Source: Nitrosopumilus sp.
GTDB taxonomy: Archaea > Thermoproteota > Nitrososphaeria > Nitrososphaerales > Nitrosopumilaceae
DNA: 64,000 nt
Assembly: GCA_965207445.1 (NCBI GenBank)
Contig: CBDBLX010000002.1
Span: forward strand, 2,135,849-2,199,848
Direction: 5' to 3'
The notes beneath the pieces are model-generated. The model saw only the letters and a list, made by a program, of their open reading frames with translations, was not told the DNA's origin and did not search any database. Shown here piece by piece: positions 39,013-49,468 of the stretch. A program made the translations under genes and the position numbers. Every line of letters starts with the position of its first letter. Position 1 is the stretch's first letter.

Positions 39013-39747
39013 ATGAATAAAAAAGCTAGTAAGTCATGCAAGGCACTTTTAAAAAAGAGACCAAAAGAGGTGCAGGCAATAATTGTGTTTGGCTCACAAG
39101 CACGTGGGGATGAGCGTCTAGGTAGTGACCTTGATATTCTTTGTATCGTGGAAAATAAGTTAGGGTATGAAAAATGGATAAAATTGCATGGTCATATTGC
39201 AAGAATGTTATCATGTGATGGCGGTATAGATGATGCAACCACATTTATTGATGGATGGAAAGAAGTACAAAACATGTGTAATATTTATGATGCAGAGCAT
39301 TATAATATAGTCCGCGAAGGTATTGTAATTTATGGTGATATAAATAAACTACAAATTAACAAAAAAATTGATTATGCAAAAAGTGTAAAATATTGGCTTG
39401 AGCAAGCCGATAAAAATATATCAAAATTCAAATCAGAAATAAAACACAAACAACCTTCGTGGGGCATGTATTCCTATGGATGTATTGGAGATATACTGCG
39501 TGCAGTTATGCTTGCTAAACACATACAAATTCAATTTACACGAAATATCGTAGAATATGCTCATGCGCTAAATCTCCCAGATATTGATAAAATTATAAAA
39601 TTTGCAGATTGGTACACCTCTTGCAGATTGCAAAAAAATTATCAAGATACAACATTGTTAAACAAAACCCAAATTACAAAATTAACACACCAAATTCATA
39701 AGTGGGGGCACAATCAAGTACTAGATGACACCCGTATCACCGTTTGA
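39013..39747 (+). CDS. Minimal nucleotidyltransferase (MNT) fused to a HEPN-like domain
   Basis: FGSQARGD..SDLDI (GSx10DxD), EGIVIY, WLEQA, LRAVML. Confidence 0.8.
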   Translation: MNKKASKSCKALLKKRPKEVQAIIVFGSQARGDERLGSDLDILCIVENKLGYEKWIKLHGHIARMLSCDGGIDDATTFIDGWKEVQNMCNIYDAEHYNIVREGIVIYGDINKLQINKKIDYAKSVKYWLEQADKNISKFKSEIKHKQPSWGMYSYGCIGDILRAVMLAKHIQIQFTRNIVEYAHALNLPDIDKIIKFADWYTSCRLQKNYQDTTLLNKTQITKLTHQIHKWGHNQVLDDTRITV

Positions 39748-40175
39748 GAATATAGACACATTACACACATGCGAAGATCTTGCTAACGTGTATCATCAGA
39801 TGAATAGTTGGTAATTTGAATACAAGCACCTATCAGATATTTGTCAAAAAAACAAAAGAAAAAATCAAAGAAAAAATGCAACGGCTCGGGTGCACAAACA
39901 TCCCAAACTAGTAACTATTTTACTTTTTGTAGTGCATATATAAAGTAAAAGATCATTTTATAATATCTTGTCAATTGGTATTGTGCAACCACCACTTGCA
40001 ATAATCGCAATCATCTTTGAGACATGCATTTTTGCATTTCGTGTATTTTTGTCACGAGTTTTTGAGCAGCACAACTATGCTCACTCCTGCAAATAATTGA
40101 CACTTGTAATTCCAGTCACACTGATCGCTTAAATCATGTTTGCGCGATGAACCAATATCGTTCCGGTCTATATTT

Positions 40176-41129
40176 GTGTGAACCAATCTCTATGATTGAT
40201 ATAATCATTTAAAAATAACTCCTAGTCAAATGAATTGTATGTACGATACTCGATATGCAGATAGGGATATGACCAAATACGAGTATGGCGTTTTATTATT
40301 GCGGCCAAAGAGCTTGCTTCACACAATAATCCCCTTTATATTTGATCAGTATTCTTTCATCTACTATTGCAATTACTCCAAATATAGACACACCTGCAAC
40401 TATTAAGATCATTGCCATAAACAAAGGCTTCATGCTTTCTTATTGCAGATTTTGAATTTACCTATTATTCAAGATATTTCAAACAGTGATGATATACATG
40501 GTCACTATCTTTGATATAATCTAAATTTCCTATTATTGGACTTTTACTTGCTCTTTCTCCAAACCATTTTTCACAAAACCATTGTTCATTGATCTTTTGT
40601 GGGTCTGTTGTGTGTGGGTCTATTTGTAGTTCTATTACTTCTACTACCAATATGGCCAATAGTGTACATAGTATACCTACTAGAATAGACGTGTTGGTTT
40701 GTGGTTTCATGTATATTGTTTATCGAGTTTTGCTTTAAACATATAGCGACGAGCATAAGTCCTTGTACACCAATTTTACACGATTTTATGCCTGAAAAGA
40801 TCATATGTAAAAATATTATATTTTTAAAAACGTTACATCTATTTTTAATATGAATAGAAACATTTCAGATGTGCATGCAACAAGTACCGTATGTGTAACA
40901 TACTAAAGAAATTAGTACTTTATACTTTACTGGTTTGTAATTGACAAATATACCGCGTTACCTCTGAAATCATTTTAGGGGTCTTTCTGTGTGAGAATTG
41001 ATATGTTACATAGATATATTAATTTAAATATGAAAAAAATATTATCGTAAAACCTAAAAATCTAAATTATTTTATTTATTCATACTCAAATTTTAAATGA
41101 ATATATCAGTCAGGGAGGTTGGTTCACAC
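40176..41129. mobile_element. 954-bp cassette bounded by GTGTGAACCAA ends; includes MITE copy 4 at 40176-40324
   Basis: Outer ends inverted; flanks CTATATTT (40168-40175) and CCATATTT (41130-41137). Confidence 0.7.
40465..40710 (-). CDS. Small membrane-anchored protein, 81 aa, with two Cys in the C-terminal part
   Basis: N-terminal TM; TTTAAA box ~25-30 nt upstream. Confidence 0.6.
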   Translation of the reverse strand: MKPQTNTSILVGILCTLLAILVVEVIELQIDPHTTDPQKINEQWFCEKWFGERASKSPIIGNLDYIKDSDHVYHHCLKYLE

Positions 41130-41353
41130 CCATATTTTATTCATCCTTAATGATAGATGAATGCGTTTTGATTTAACACCCCTAACGCTAAATTATTCAA
41201 GTGTTTGATCAAATTTTTCAAACTAAAATTATCATAGTATATAATCATAAAAATTTAAGTGTCTACTTCAAAAAGCAAAATAGTTACTTAATTTTTGAGA
41301 ATATTGCAAGTGTGCAAAATCACTAGTTAAACTATGTAAACATCAAATACAAC

Positions 41354-41502
41354 ATGTGAATCAATCTCCACGATTGACATGATCATTCGAAAATAAATCC
41401 TAGCCAAATGCATCACATGTACGATACTCAATATGCAAATAGAGATGTGACCAAATACAAGTATGCGATTTCATTATTGCATTCAAAGAGCTTGGTTCAC
41501 AC
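41354..41502 (+). mobile_element. GTGTGAACCAA-family MITE, copy 5
   Basis: ATGTGAATCAATCTC...GAGCTTGGTTCACAC. Confidence 0.85.
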
Positions 41503-41546
41503 CTTAATTTTAACAGATTTTTATCGGGGCATGACAACGGCATCGA

Positions 41547-41710
41547 CTAGTGTATTTTGAACGTGTCTTTGAGTTTTTCTTTTACTGTGGGAATGTCAGA
41601 TAAGAGATCTTTCTCAACCCTGTCGAACATTTTGTAGTATCTTGTAGTTTTTCTGGAAACATTATCACCTTCCATGGAGTCATCTTTGATCTCTCTGATT
41701 TTTTGTAGGA
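41547..41710 (-). pseudogene. C-terminal fragment of a third paralogue of 45754-46379 and 48312-48921
   Basis: Hand translation LQKIREIKDDSMEGDNVSRKTTRYYKMFDRVEKDLLSDIPTVKEKLKDTFKIH*. Confidence 0.8.
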
Positions 41711-41861
41711 AGATAATAGAATCAATTTTAATTTAAATATGTAATCTTTTTTTAAATAAATTCACATTATTTAAGTCCATATACAAATTTATTAATTCAA
41801 AAAAGCGATACAATATCAACCCCAATAGTATCTTTTTAAAGGACTCAAATTGTTCACAGTC

Positions 41862-43478
41862 ATGAACAGTCACTACTTTGCTCTACTTACCGAGCTCGGA
41901 GTTGTAATTACAAAAGGTGACGATCACATAGTTGAGAAAGCATTTGCATTTAGTAATCCTGTATCAGATTATTTGGCCATTAAATCAGGTGCCATTCCTA
42001 AATCGTGTTCAGATATAAGATCATACATAGAATCATTAAACACAACAATATCAACAGGTGACGAATCATTAATAAACATATTAAAAAAAGCCACAGTTGA
42101 TACCAATACACTTGAAGGACGACAAGCAGAAGATGTAAGGGCTAAGAAACAGCAGATCATGATAGCGGCAGGGTTAGCATCAGACTCTAGAGATATAATT
42201 GAAAAGTTAAGAGAATTTGCAACAAAACTCTCATCATCCAAAGTAACCAAGATATCAAGTAGTGTTGATCTACACGTCATACAAGCAGTCAACTCACTTG
42301 ATGAGGTTGACAAGGTCGCAAACGCGCTAAGCTCTAGAATAAAAGAATGGTATGGACTACACTTTCCAGAACTTGAGAACATCGTAGATAGTATTGAGGG
42401 ATATGCACGTATTGTATTATCTGGAAGACGTAATGACCTCACTGTCGAATCTTTTGCAGAGGCAGGATTTCCAAGTGAAAAATCAGAAATGTTACTAGTT
42501 GCAGCATCAAAGAGTAGAGGAGGTGAGATATCAGACAAGAACCTTGAGATGGTCCAGTCCATAGCAGAAAAGATGATCTCGTGTTATAACTTACGAAGAG
42601 ACTTAGAGGAGGTAATAGAAGATGATATGAACAAAACTGCTCCAAATCTCTCAGCCATACTAGGAGCATCACTTAGTGCAAGAATGCTTGCAAGGGTAGG
42701 GAGTATAAAGAGAATGGCAACACTGCCTGCAAGTACAATACAGATATTAGGTGCAGAGCGAGCACTATTTCGCGCGCTGAAGACCGGCTCTGAGCCACCA
42801 AAACATGGACTCTTGTTTCAACATCCAATGGTCCATGCAGCTCCGAGGTGGCAGCGCGGTAAAATTGCACGTGCAATAGCATCAAAAGCTGTAATTGCAG
42901 TAAGAGTAGATGTGTACAATGAAGGAGAAGGTCTCAATAGTACACTGCTTGAAAAGCTAAACATTAGAGTAGGTGAGATTAATGAAAAATTTCAAGAACC
43001 AACTGAGACCAAAAATATTGCAGATAGTAGATACAACAAAGATTCCAAATCAGAATCAAGTAGATATCAAGATACGACGAGGGTAGCAGCTACCAGATAC
43101 AGGCAACAACAAAGAGGTGGTGGCGGATCTAGACATAAAAGCAACAAAAGAGACGACAATGATGAGAAATATCCCCGCCCCAAATGGGCAGACAGAAGAG
43201 TAAGATCATCAAAACAACACACACAACAAAGAGGATACAAAAAGTATACGAGTAAAAAAGATCAGTACGATCACCAAAATACTCATCAAGGCTACAAATA
43301 CAGAGATGATTACAATAATGATTATGATGGCGGCAGAAGCAAAAACAAAAACAAAAAAACAAACAACAGAAAAGAGAACAGTCGATATACACGCAATCAA
43401 CAAGCCAACTCAAAAAACAGTACAAAAAATTACACCGCAAGTAAACATAGCAAGAAGAGAAAAAACAGACATAAATGA
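41862..43478 (+). CDS. nop5: Nop5 (Nop56/58) C/D box sRNP protein with long low-complexity tail
   Basis: EWYGLHFPEL, APNL, PASTIQILGAERALF, PKHG. Confidence 0.95.
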   Translation: MNSHYFALLTELGVVITKGDDHIVEKAFAFSNPVSDYLAIKSGAIPKSCSDIRSYIESLNTTISTGDESLINILKKATVDTNTLEGRQAEDVRAKKQQIMIAAGLASDSRDIIEKLREFATKLSSSKVTKISSSVDLHVIQAVNSLDEVDKVANALSSRIKEWYGLHFPELENIVDSIEGYARIVLSGRRNDLTVESFAEAGFPSEKSEMLLVAASKSRGGEISDKNLEMVQSIAEKMISCYNLRRDLEEVIEDDMNKTAPNLSAILGASLSARMLARVGSIKRMATLPASTIQILGAERALFRALKTGSEPPKHGLLFQHPMVHAAPRWQRGKIARAIASKAVIAVRVDVYNEGEGLNSTLLEKLNIRVGEINEKFQEPTETKNIADSRYNKDSKSESSRYQDTTRVAATRYRQQQRGGGGSRHKSNKRDDNDEKYPRPKWADRRVRSSKQHTQQRGYKKYTSKKDQYDHQNTHQGYKYRDDYNNDYDGGRSKNKNKKTNNRKENSRYTRNQQANSKNSTKNYTASKHSKKRKNRHK

Positions 43479-43517
43479 TTATATATAACGTACATCAATT
43501 ACAAAAAGTGAAAATAT

Positions 43518-44204
43518 ATGCAAGTCTCAAAAATACCATCTTACATATGGGTGAAGACTGACGGAAGAGACAGGCCAGCTACTGAGAATCTTGTTCCAGG
43601 AAACAAAGTGTATGGAGAAAAAATTCTTGTAAAGAAAAAGATAGAATATCGTACATGGGATCCATTCAGATCAAAGCTAGCAGCGGCAATTATGAAAGGA
43701 TTAGACACATTCCCATTTGAGAATACCTCCAAAGTGCTATACTTGGGAGTCTCAACTGGAACTACAGCAAGTCACATATCAGATATAATAGGTCCATCTG
43801 GAATTATCTTTGGAGTTGAGCATGCAAGTAGAGTGGCACGCGACTTTATGGACAGAGTAGCAAGACACAGATCAAACATCATACCAATAATGCAAGATGC
43901 ACGAAAGCCCAGTGACTATTTTGCAATATTTGGTAAAGTTGACGTTGTATATACAGACATTGCACAATCAGATCAAACAGAGATAGCAATAGCAAACTGC
44001 AACATGTATCTAAAAAAAGACGGACTGTTGTTTCTTATAATAAAGACACGTAGTATCGATGTTATAAAAAAGCCAGAAAATGTGATTAAAGAAGAAACAG
44101 CGAAACTACATAACAGTTTTGATATACTAGAGCGCATAAATCTTGAACCATTTGATAAAGATCACGCAATAGTTGTTGCAAAATATCGCAGTGCAAATAC
44201 ATAG
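43518..44204 (+). CDS. flpA: Fibrillarin-like rRNA/tRNA 2'-O-methyltransferase
   Basis: VYGE, WDPFRSKLAAA, LYLGVSTGTT, DIAQ. Confidence 0.96.
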   Translation: MQVSKIPSYIWVKTDGRDRPATENLVPGNKVYGEKILVKKKIEYRTWDPFRSKLAAAIMKGLDTFPFENTSKVLYLGVSTGTTASHISDIIGPSGIIFGVEHASRVARDFMDRVARHRSNIIPIMQDARKPSDYFAIFGKVDVVYTDIAQSDQTEIAIANCNMYLKKDGLLFLIIKTRSIDVIKKPENVIKEETAKLHNSFDILERINLEPFDKDHAIVVAKYRSANT

Positions 44205-44207
44205 TAT

Positions 44208-44406
44208 GTAACATGTCACCTCTCCCCCCATTACACTGTGCCTAAATAATATCACACTAACACAAATATCATCTTAGTGAATATATGTATCATCTGTGAA
44301 AAACACATCTCACAAGAATTATACGCGTCGATAACACTGTGTGAAGCATTATGATATAACGTAATTTGAGATATTAGCAGTGAGGAGGAGGGAGGTGATA
44401 TGTTGC
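44208..44406. mobile_element. Possible degenerate GTAAC-ended miniature element; similar solo end at 46710
   Basis: GTAACATGTCACCTC vs GAGGTGATATGTTGC; no TSD seen. Confidence 0.45.
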
Positions 44407-44650
44407 AGTTTGTGGCAAGTCCTATAACATCTTCCACATAAATGAATATATACAGTGGGTCTAAAGGGACCTGCCATATACACGGGCAGAACCCAGAAAT
44501 TTTGGGATTCGAACGCTACATATTTGTGGTGTTTAAAACATGAATAATATAAATATTGAGCATGGCGTGAGCAGAACCTATCACGGTTAGAACAACCTTG
44601 GAGAATTGCATAACTATTTGATGGCATTGTACACTAGGCGCTTTACAAAA

Positions 44651-45656
44651 GGTAATACGTAACTATTTGGACCTTGAAAAAGTTCATATTGATAAATAAT
44701 TTCATGCCTAGGTAGTGCCTAACAACCATCCAAAAATCTTAGCAAATAATTTGACAAAAAGCAAGGCATTTTTTGTCAAGAAAAGATGGGCAGGAAGGCG
44801 AGTTTGTCCAAAATGCAATCACAGGTCACTAAATCGCCTGAGTTCTAGATATCAATGTAAGCGGTGTAAATACAAGTTTGGTGATTTTACAAACACCTAC
44901 CTTGGACAACTTCGCATACCACTGGATACAGTTTCACATCGTGCATATCTGTTTGTTCTTGGAGTTCCTGCATACAGAATAAGATTTTATGAAGATGTTA
45001 GTCTTCGTACCATTGAGCAAACATTCATGTTATTCAGACAGGCCATATATGACACATCTCCAAAACTCATCTTTGATGGCGAAGTAGAATTGGATGAGGC
45101 AATGTTTGGAGGTCATCGAAAAGGAAAACGCGGTTGGGGAGCTGCAGGAAAAACACTCGTCTTTGGTATACATTCTAGAAATGGATAAATTTGTACATTT
45201 ATCGTGCCTAATCGAAAGCAAAAAACACTCAGACCCATAATTGAAAAGCATACTATGTCAGGGTCATTGTACTATACAGATGAACATACTGCATACGGCA
45301 CACTTGATGAGCTTGGTACACATCAAGTGGTGACTCATAGTAAGGATGAATATGTTAGAGATGATGTACACATAAACAGTGTTGAAGGTTTTTGGAGTTT
45401 TGCCAAAAATTTTCTGTATGCATACCGTGGTGTTCCAAAAACATATTTCCCCTTATATCTCAAGTATATCGAGTTTAGATACAACCACAGAGATGAAAAT
45501 TTGTTTGAGCTCTTGACAGATATTCTGGTTAAAGATATTTCAAAGATAGAGTCAAGTATTCAAGTCATTCCAGACCCATTATATAAAAGATCATTTAATG
45601 GGTAATTAAATGTTCAAATTATCCAAAAAATCAGGTCCAGATAGTTACGTATTACC
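44651..45656 (+). mobile_element. IS1595-family IS, full length 1006 bp
   Basis: 24-bp IR with one mismatch; TSD TTACAAAA at 44643-44650 and 45657-45664. Confidence 0.95.
44715..45605 (+). pseudogene. IS1595 transposase with one in-frame stop (45186-45188)
   Basis: CPKC..CKRC Zn ribbon, VELDE, YTDE, NSVEGFW, EFRYN; both ORFs share one frame. Confidence 0.92.
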
Positions 45657-45753
45657 TTACAAAAATGAGCACGCGTAATGCCTGCAAGGAATTTCCAAGA
45701 TGTGACTTAAATGTCCCGTGACACAGACAATTCTGGAGTGTTTGTAGTGTGGA

Positions 45754-46379
45754 ATGAGCCATGGAAATATGTCAATATACGTGATTATCATAGCAGCTGC
45801 GATAGTGCTTGTTTTGTTTTCACTATGGCCCTACATGTACAAGGGTGAATTCTTAGGCAAGTGGTCATCCGTAGTGGTGGTTCTCTCCCTGGTTGGCGCA
45901 CCCATCGCATATTTTGCAAGACAACGTGAAAAAGAAAAGGAGAGGGATTGGAACGATACCATGGAGAAGAGACGTGCGTCAAAAAAAATCTGTACGGGGA
46001 GCTTGCCGATACACTGTATGCCATAGAGGGAGATAAGTTTCCAAAGGATTTGTTTGATCTAATAGTAGACAATCACAAGATCACGTTTACAAAGCGCTTT
46101 CTCAACCATGATATATACGACAGCCTTGTGTTTTCTGGCGAGATAAAGTTTCTTGACTATGAAATACATCAGACCATACAAGACATATTTAATATGATTA
46201 AATATCATAATCACTATTTGAGGCTCGTGGTGGAAAGCCAAACCCACAACGACAAGATTCAAGAATCTGCAATACCATACTACATAATGCGGGACAGATA
46301 TGAGCAACAACTAATAGAGAAAATTCCAATCATGATGAGCAAGCTGGAGAAAAAGTTTGAGCCCGAGTCGGCTAGTTAG
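45754..46379 (+). pseudogene. Two-TM membrane protein, paralogue 1, frameshifted at A8 (45981-45988)
   Basis: EFLGKW, RASKNLYGEL, YDSLVFSG.I.FL, IQD.F..IK.HN shared with paralogue 2. Confidence 0.82.
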
Positions 46380-46518
46380 AATGCCGTCCCTTGGACCGGG
46401 TGAGCCGTGGATCGTTAATATCCGGTGCATCTTGACTGCCCTTAAACTGCACAGAAGCATCCCTAGCTTTACGGGCAGGCCTTGGTGTATCCGTATTATC
46501 CTTTTGCATTTCAGACAT
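46372..46518 (-). CDS. Small basic peptide, 48 aa, convergent with paralogue 1
   Basis: MSEMQKDNTDTPRPARKARDASVQFKGSQDAPDINDPRLTRSKGRHSN; TTAAAT box ~25 nt upstream. Confidence 0.55.
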   Translation of the reverse strand: MSEMQKDNTDTPRPARKARDASVQFKGSQDAPDINDPRLTRSKGRHSN

Positions 46519-46755
46519 GCCATGCTTATGTTCTTACATAATTTAAGAATTTTAAGCAATGAGGTTCTCTTGCAAACGCGGTTGATCGGTATTTATATGA
46601 ACTTTTTATCTGAATTTGGTATTTGATGCTGAAAAAGTGTAATTTTTTAGTACTTTTTTGTGTGACTATGACGATAGTTTTGAATAGGGATGTTAGAGTG
46701 TAACGTGTCACTCACCCCACACCCCCCCCCCCACCCTCTCTTTATACCGCGTGAA

Positions 46756-46945
46756 TAGTGGTTTCATTAAAGATCCGATAGTTTTTAGACATTCTTATAA
46801 TCATATATTGGGAAATCAGGCAGTCCCCATGTTGTAATCCATACATGCTCCATGATTTTTCCATGGCCATGCCAACCGTGTATTCAGGCGTGGCAAAGTG
46901 TATGTGCGCAGCCGTCCTGTTCATAGTGCGGTCTGTGCGTCGCAC
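46756..46945 (-). mobile_element. Terminus of an element-A-family copy, truncated by the IS5-like relic
   Basis: Reverse complement match to 12361-12556. Confidence 0.85.
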
Positions 46946-48145
46946 GAGATTGGTGCATAATTCATCAAATTGCCACCTGCATCGTACTTGCAGTCATCTG
47001 CAAATATCGCCAGAGTTTTATGTGCATATATTTAATAAGCTCATATAAAAAAGTATCTGCGCGCATACCAAAAGTTACTTATAGTGGCATCCCAATTGAA
47101 TAATTGGAATATGTACAAGGGGATGCTAAACAATGTTGACTAGCCAATGTTATCAACGTATCGTTTGTAAAGTGTGGTGGAACGACGACATGTGTGGTAG
47201 GTTGCCACAACATGCTATGCTACACAGAGAATGGCGCCCATTACAATGCATGGCTTGTGATGAATGTGGCGCCTGCTTGTTGTTTGTGTAAATTTAGTGT
47301 GTGGGTTTTAAATAAGAACGGATTATGGAGGCAGACCGTACAGTGACAGAGCAGTAGCACAAGCGACGCGAAGGTTATTGGCCGTATTACGAACAGGCAC
47401 GCAAATCTGAGCAGAATTTTATGCGCAAAATTGTTGTCAGCGATACGAAAAAACCCACATCCGTCAAGGAAAAGAAGACAAATAGGGGATGCAAGCCTGT
47501 ACACTCGCGTGACAAGATGGATTTTTTGTGTCTTTTAAAAGTTGCAAAAAATATTCCTTTTCGTGACGTGGTAAATGAGCTTGGACATATGCATGATGAA
47601 TGGGTTGGCGAGCCGATGCCTGATTAGTTGGGTAACCGAACATATGCAAACAAAAATCGAACATAAAGCAACGCAATCACACAGATGGCGCAGATCATAC
47701 AAATCATGGCAAACCACCAAACAGAAAAAAGGCAGCGGAGATCTTTGACAAAGATGCATACAAACAACGCGCACTTATCGAGGCAATATTCGGAGCAGTA
47801 GAAGAGACAAAAAATCATAGGCTACACTGTCGCATGCGTCTGGCCAAAAACAGAAAACGGTTTGGCAAAATACTATCGATTGCATGGAATATCAACGTCC
47901 TGAACAGATTCATCTGCGCTCATGAAAAAGGGCAAAAGATTCCATCATACCAATGATAGTGACTGCCATCATACTTGCACGTTTCATGTTCTATAATCTA
48001 TGTCTGTTAAAACAACACACATGTATATTCAAAAACAAAACGCACTATAGATAGATTTCAGTCTTCTGCAGATTGAATGTGCAATAAACCGAGTAAGTTC
48101 ATAGAAGGGTCACAGGCAGGCTAATGTCAATTACGCACCAACCTC
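46946..48145 (+). mobile_element. Internally deleted, degenerate copy of the IS at 61962-63635
   Basis: Both IRs present; ~480 bp lost between two ATGCAAACA repeats; several stops and frameshifts; no TSD. Confidence 0.9.
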
Positions 48146-48189
48146 CGATCTTTCAACATGTTTATTATCAAGATAAGACAGTACTGTTT

Positions 48190-48315
48190 GTGGCGGATGA
48201 CATACCAAGTACTGTTAAGAAACGCAGACCGTTCATAGGAAGCAGGAAGGGAATCGCTAGCACGACCAACGTAGAGTCACCAGCTACTTCTAGGCCTAAA
48301 AAAAGTTCAGGCTAG
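48190..48315 (+). CDS. Small basic peptide, 41 aa, convergent with paralogue 2
   Basis: GTG start, MADDIPSTVKKRRPFIGSRKGIASTTNVESPATSRPKKSSG; TTTATTA box at 48161-48167. Confidence 0.55.
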   Translation: MADDIPSTVKKRRPFIGSRKGIASTTNVESPATSRPKKSSG

Positions 48316-48921
48316 CCTATTTTAAACTCCTCTTCAAGTTTTTCTTTTACTTTGGGGATGTCCGATAAGAGTTCTTATTCGATCTTGCTAAGACTTTCGT
48401 AATACCGCGTGGTTTTTTTGGAGACGTCCTCTTCCTCCCCGGCGTCATCCTCGATCTCCCTAATTTTTCTTAAGTGTCTGTTGTGATCTTTGATTTTCTG
48501 AAAAGTATCCTGAACGGGTTGTTGTATCTCTGGTGGCAGAAAGTTTATTTTGCCCGAAAAAACTAAACTGTCGTAAAAATCATAGTTAAACACCCTGTTC
48601 ATAAAGTAAGCTTCTCTGTCGTTTGGAAGATCTACTTTTTTAAGGTCGCCTGTGTGCTTTCTCTCGTTTAATTCATCTAATGCATCGACTAGTTCCGTGT
48701 GTAAGTTTTTTGTTGCACGAGAGCGTTCATTCCTAGAATCTTGCCATTTTTTCCAGAAATATATCCCCGGAGGCATTCCTAGGGAGATTATAGTGACTAT
48801 GGAGGCCCACTTGCCCAAGAACTCTTTTTCCCACATGTATTCCCATCTGAGAAGACACCAAAATGATGACCAAAGCCACCCCGATGACAATCAACAGAAC
48901 AGAGTTTTTTGAAATACTCAT
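48312..48921 (-). pseudogene. Two-TM membrane protein, paralogue 2 (frameshift after TM1, stop at 48375-48377)
   Basis: MSISKNSVLLIVIGVALVIILV / WEYMWEKEFLGKW...SKIE*ELLSDIPKVKEKLEEEFKIG*. Confidence 0.82.
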
Positions 48922-49295
48922 GTCGAATAACGATATGGATTCTCTTTTATCTATATTCAATTTTTGATGTCAAGATTGCTGAACCGCTAACTATACAGTG
49001 ATGCACCTACTCATAACTGAACAAGGGTACTTTTCTGCAGGATTGGATCGGTAACATGTAGCATACTTGCAGATTCACGGGAATGTATCTATTTCTATAT
49101 GTGTTCTTGATCCGATCGGCTTTGTCAAATCTTGGTGACCTGAGAGTTGGTGGGACAGGAGTGATCTGGGATCTGCGGCAGGGCCAGACCAAATTTGTGG
49201 ACTATCTCATACACTATTTGGGCAGTTGGGAATATTGTGGCATCCAGACAATCGGTATGGACTGATCATCTGATGGGATAATCACACCTCCACAA

Positions 49296-49443
49296 GTGTG
49301 AACCAAGCTCATTGAAAACAATAATGAAATCACATACGTGTATTTGGTTATATTCCTGTCTGTATATCAAGTATCGTACATGTGATGCATTTGGCTAGGA
49401 GTTATTTTGAATGATTATATCAATCATGGAGATTGGTTCACAC
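49296..49443 (-). mobile_element. GTGTGAACCAA-family MITE, copy 6
   Basis: GTGTGAACCAAGCTC...GAGATTGGTTCACAC. Confidence 0.88.
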
Positions 49444-49468
49444 AAAATTATACAGCAACTGTTTTATC

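Larger units (their letters stand above)
36990..41287. mobile_element. 4.3-kb composite element with GTAAC (IS66-like) termini
   Basis: IR GTAACTATTTTGCTTTTT(A/G)AAGT at both ends; TSD TTAATTTT at 36982-36989 and 41288-41295; third IR copy at 39911. Confidence 0.85.

Noticed and set aside
45186..45188. Programmed stop-codon readthrough in the IS1595 transposase or the HD gene
   Set aside because: The other IS1595 copy has a sense codon here and its own stop elsewhere; the HD gene also has a frameshift. Ordinary decay or sequencing error is simpler.
48970..49295. Moderately GC-rich segment that looks like a gene relic (similar cases at 39750-40170 and 44410-44640)
   Set aside because: Only short ORFs with no recognisable motif; a call cannot be supported without a translated search.
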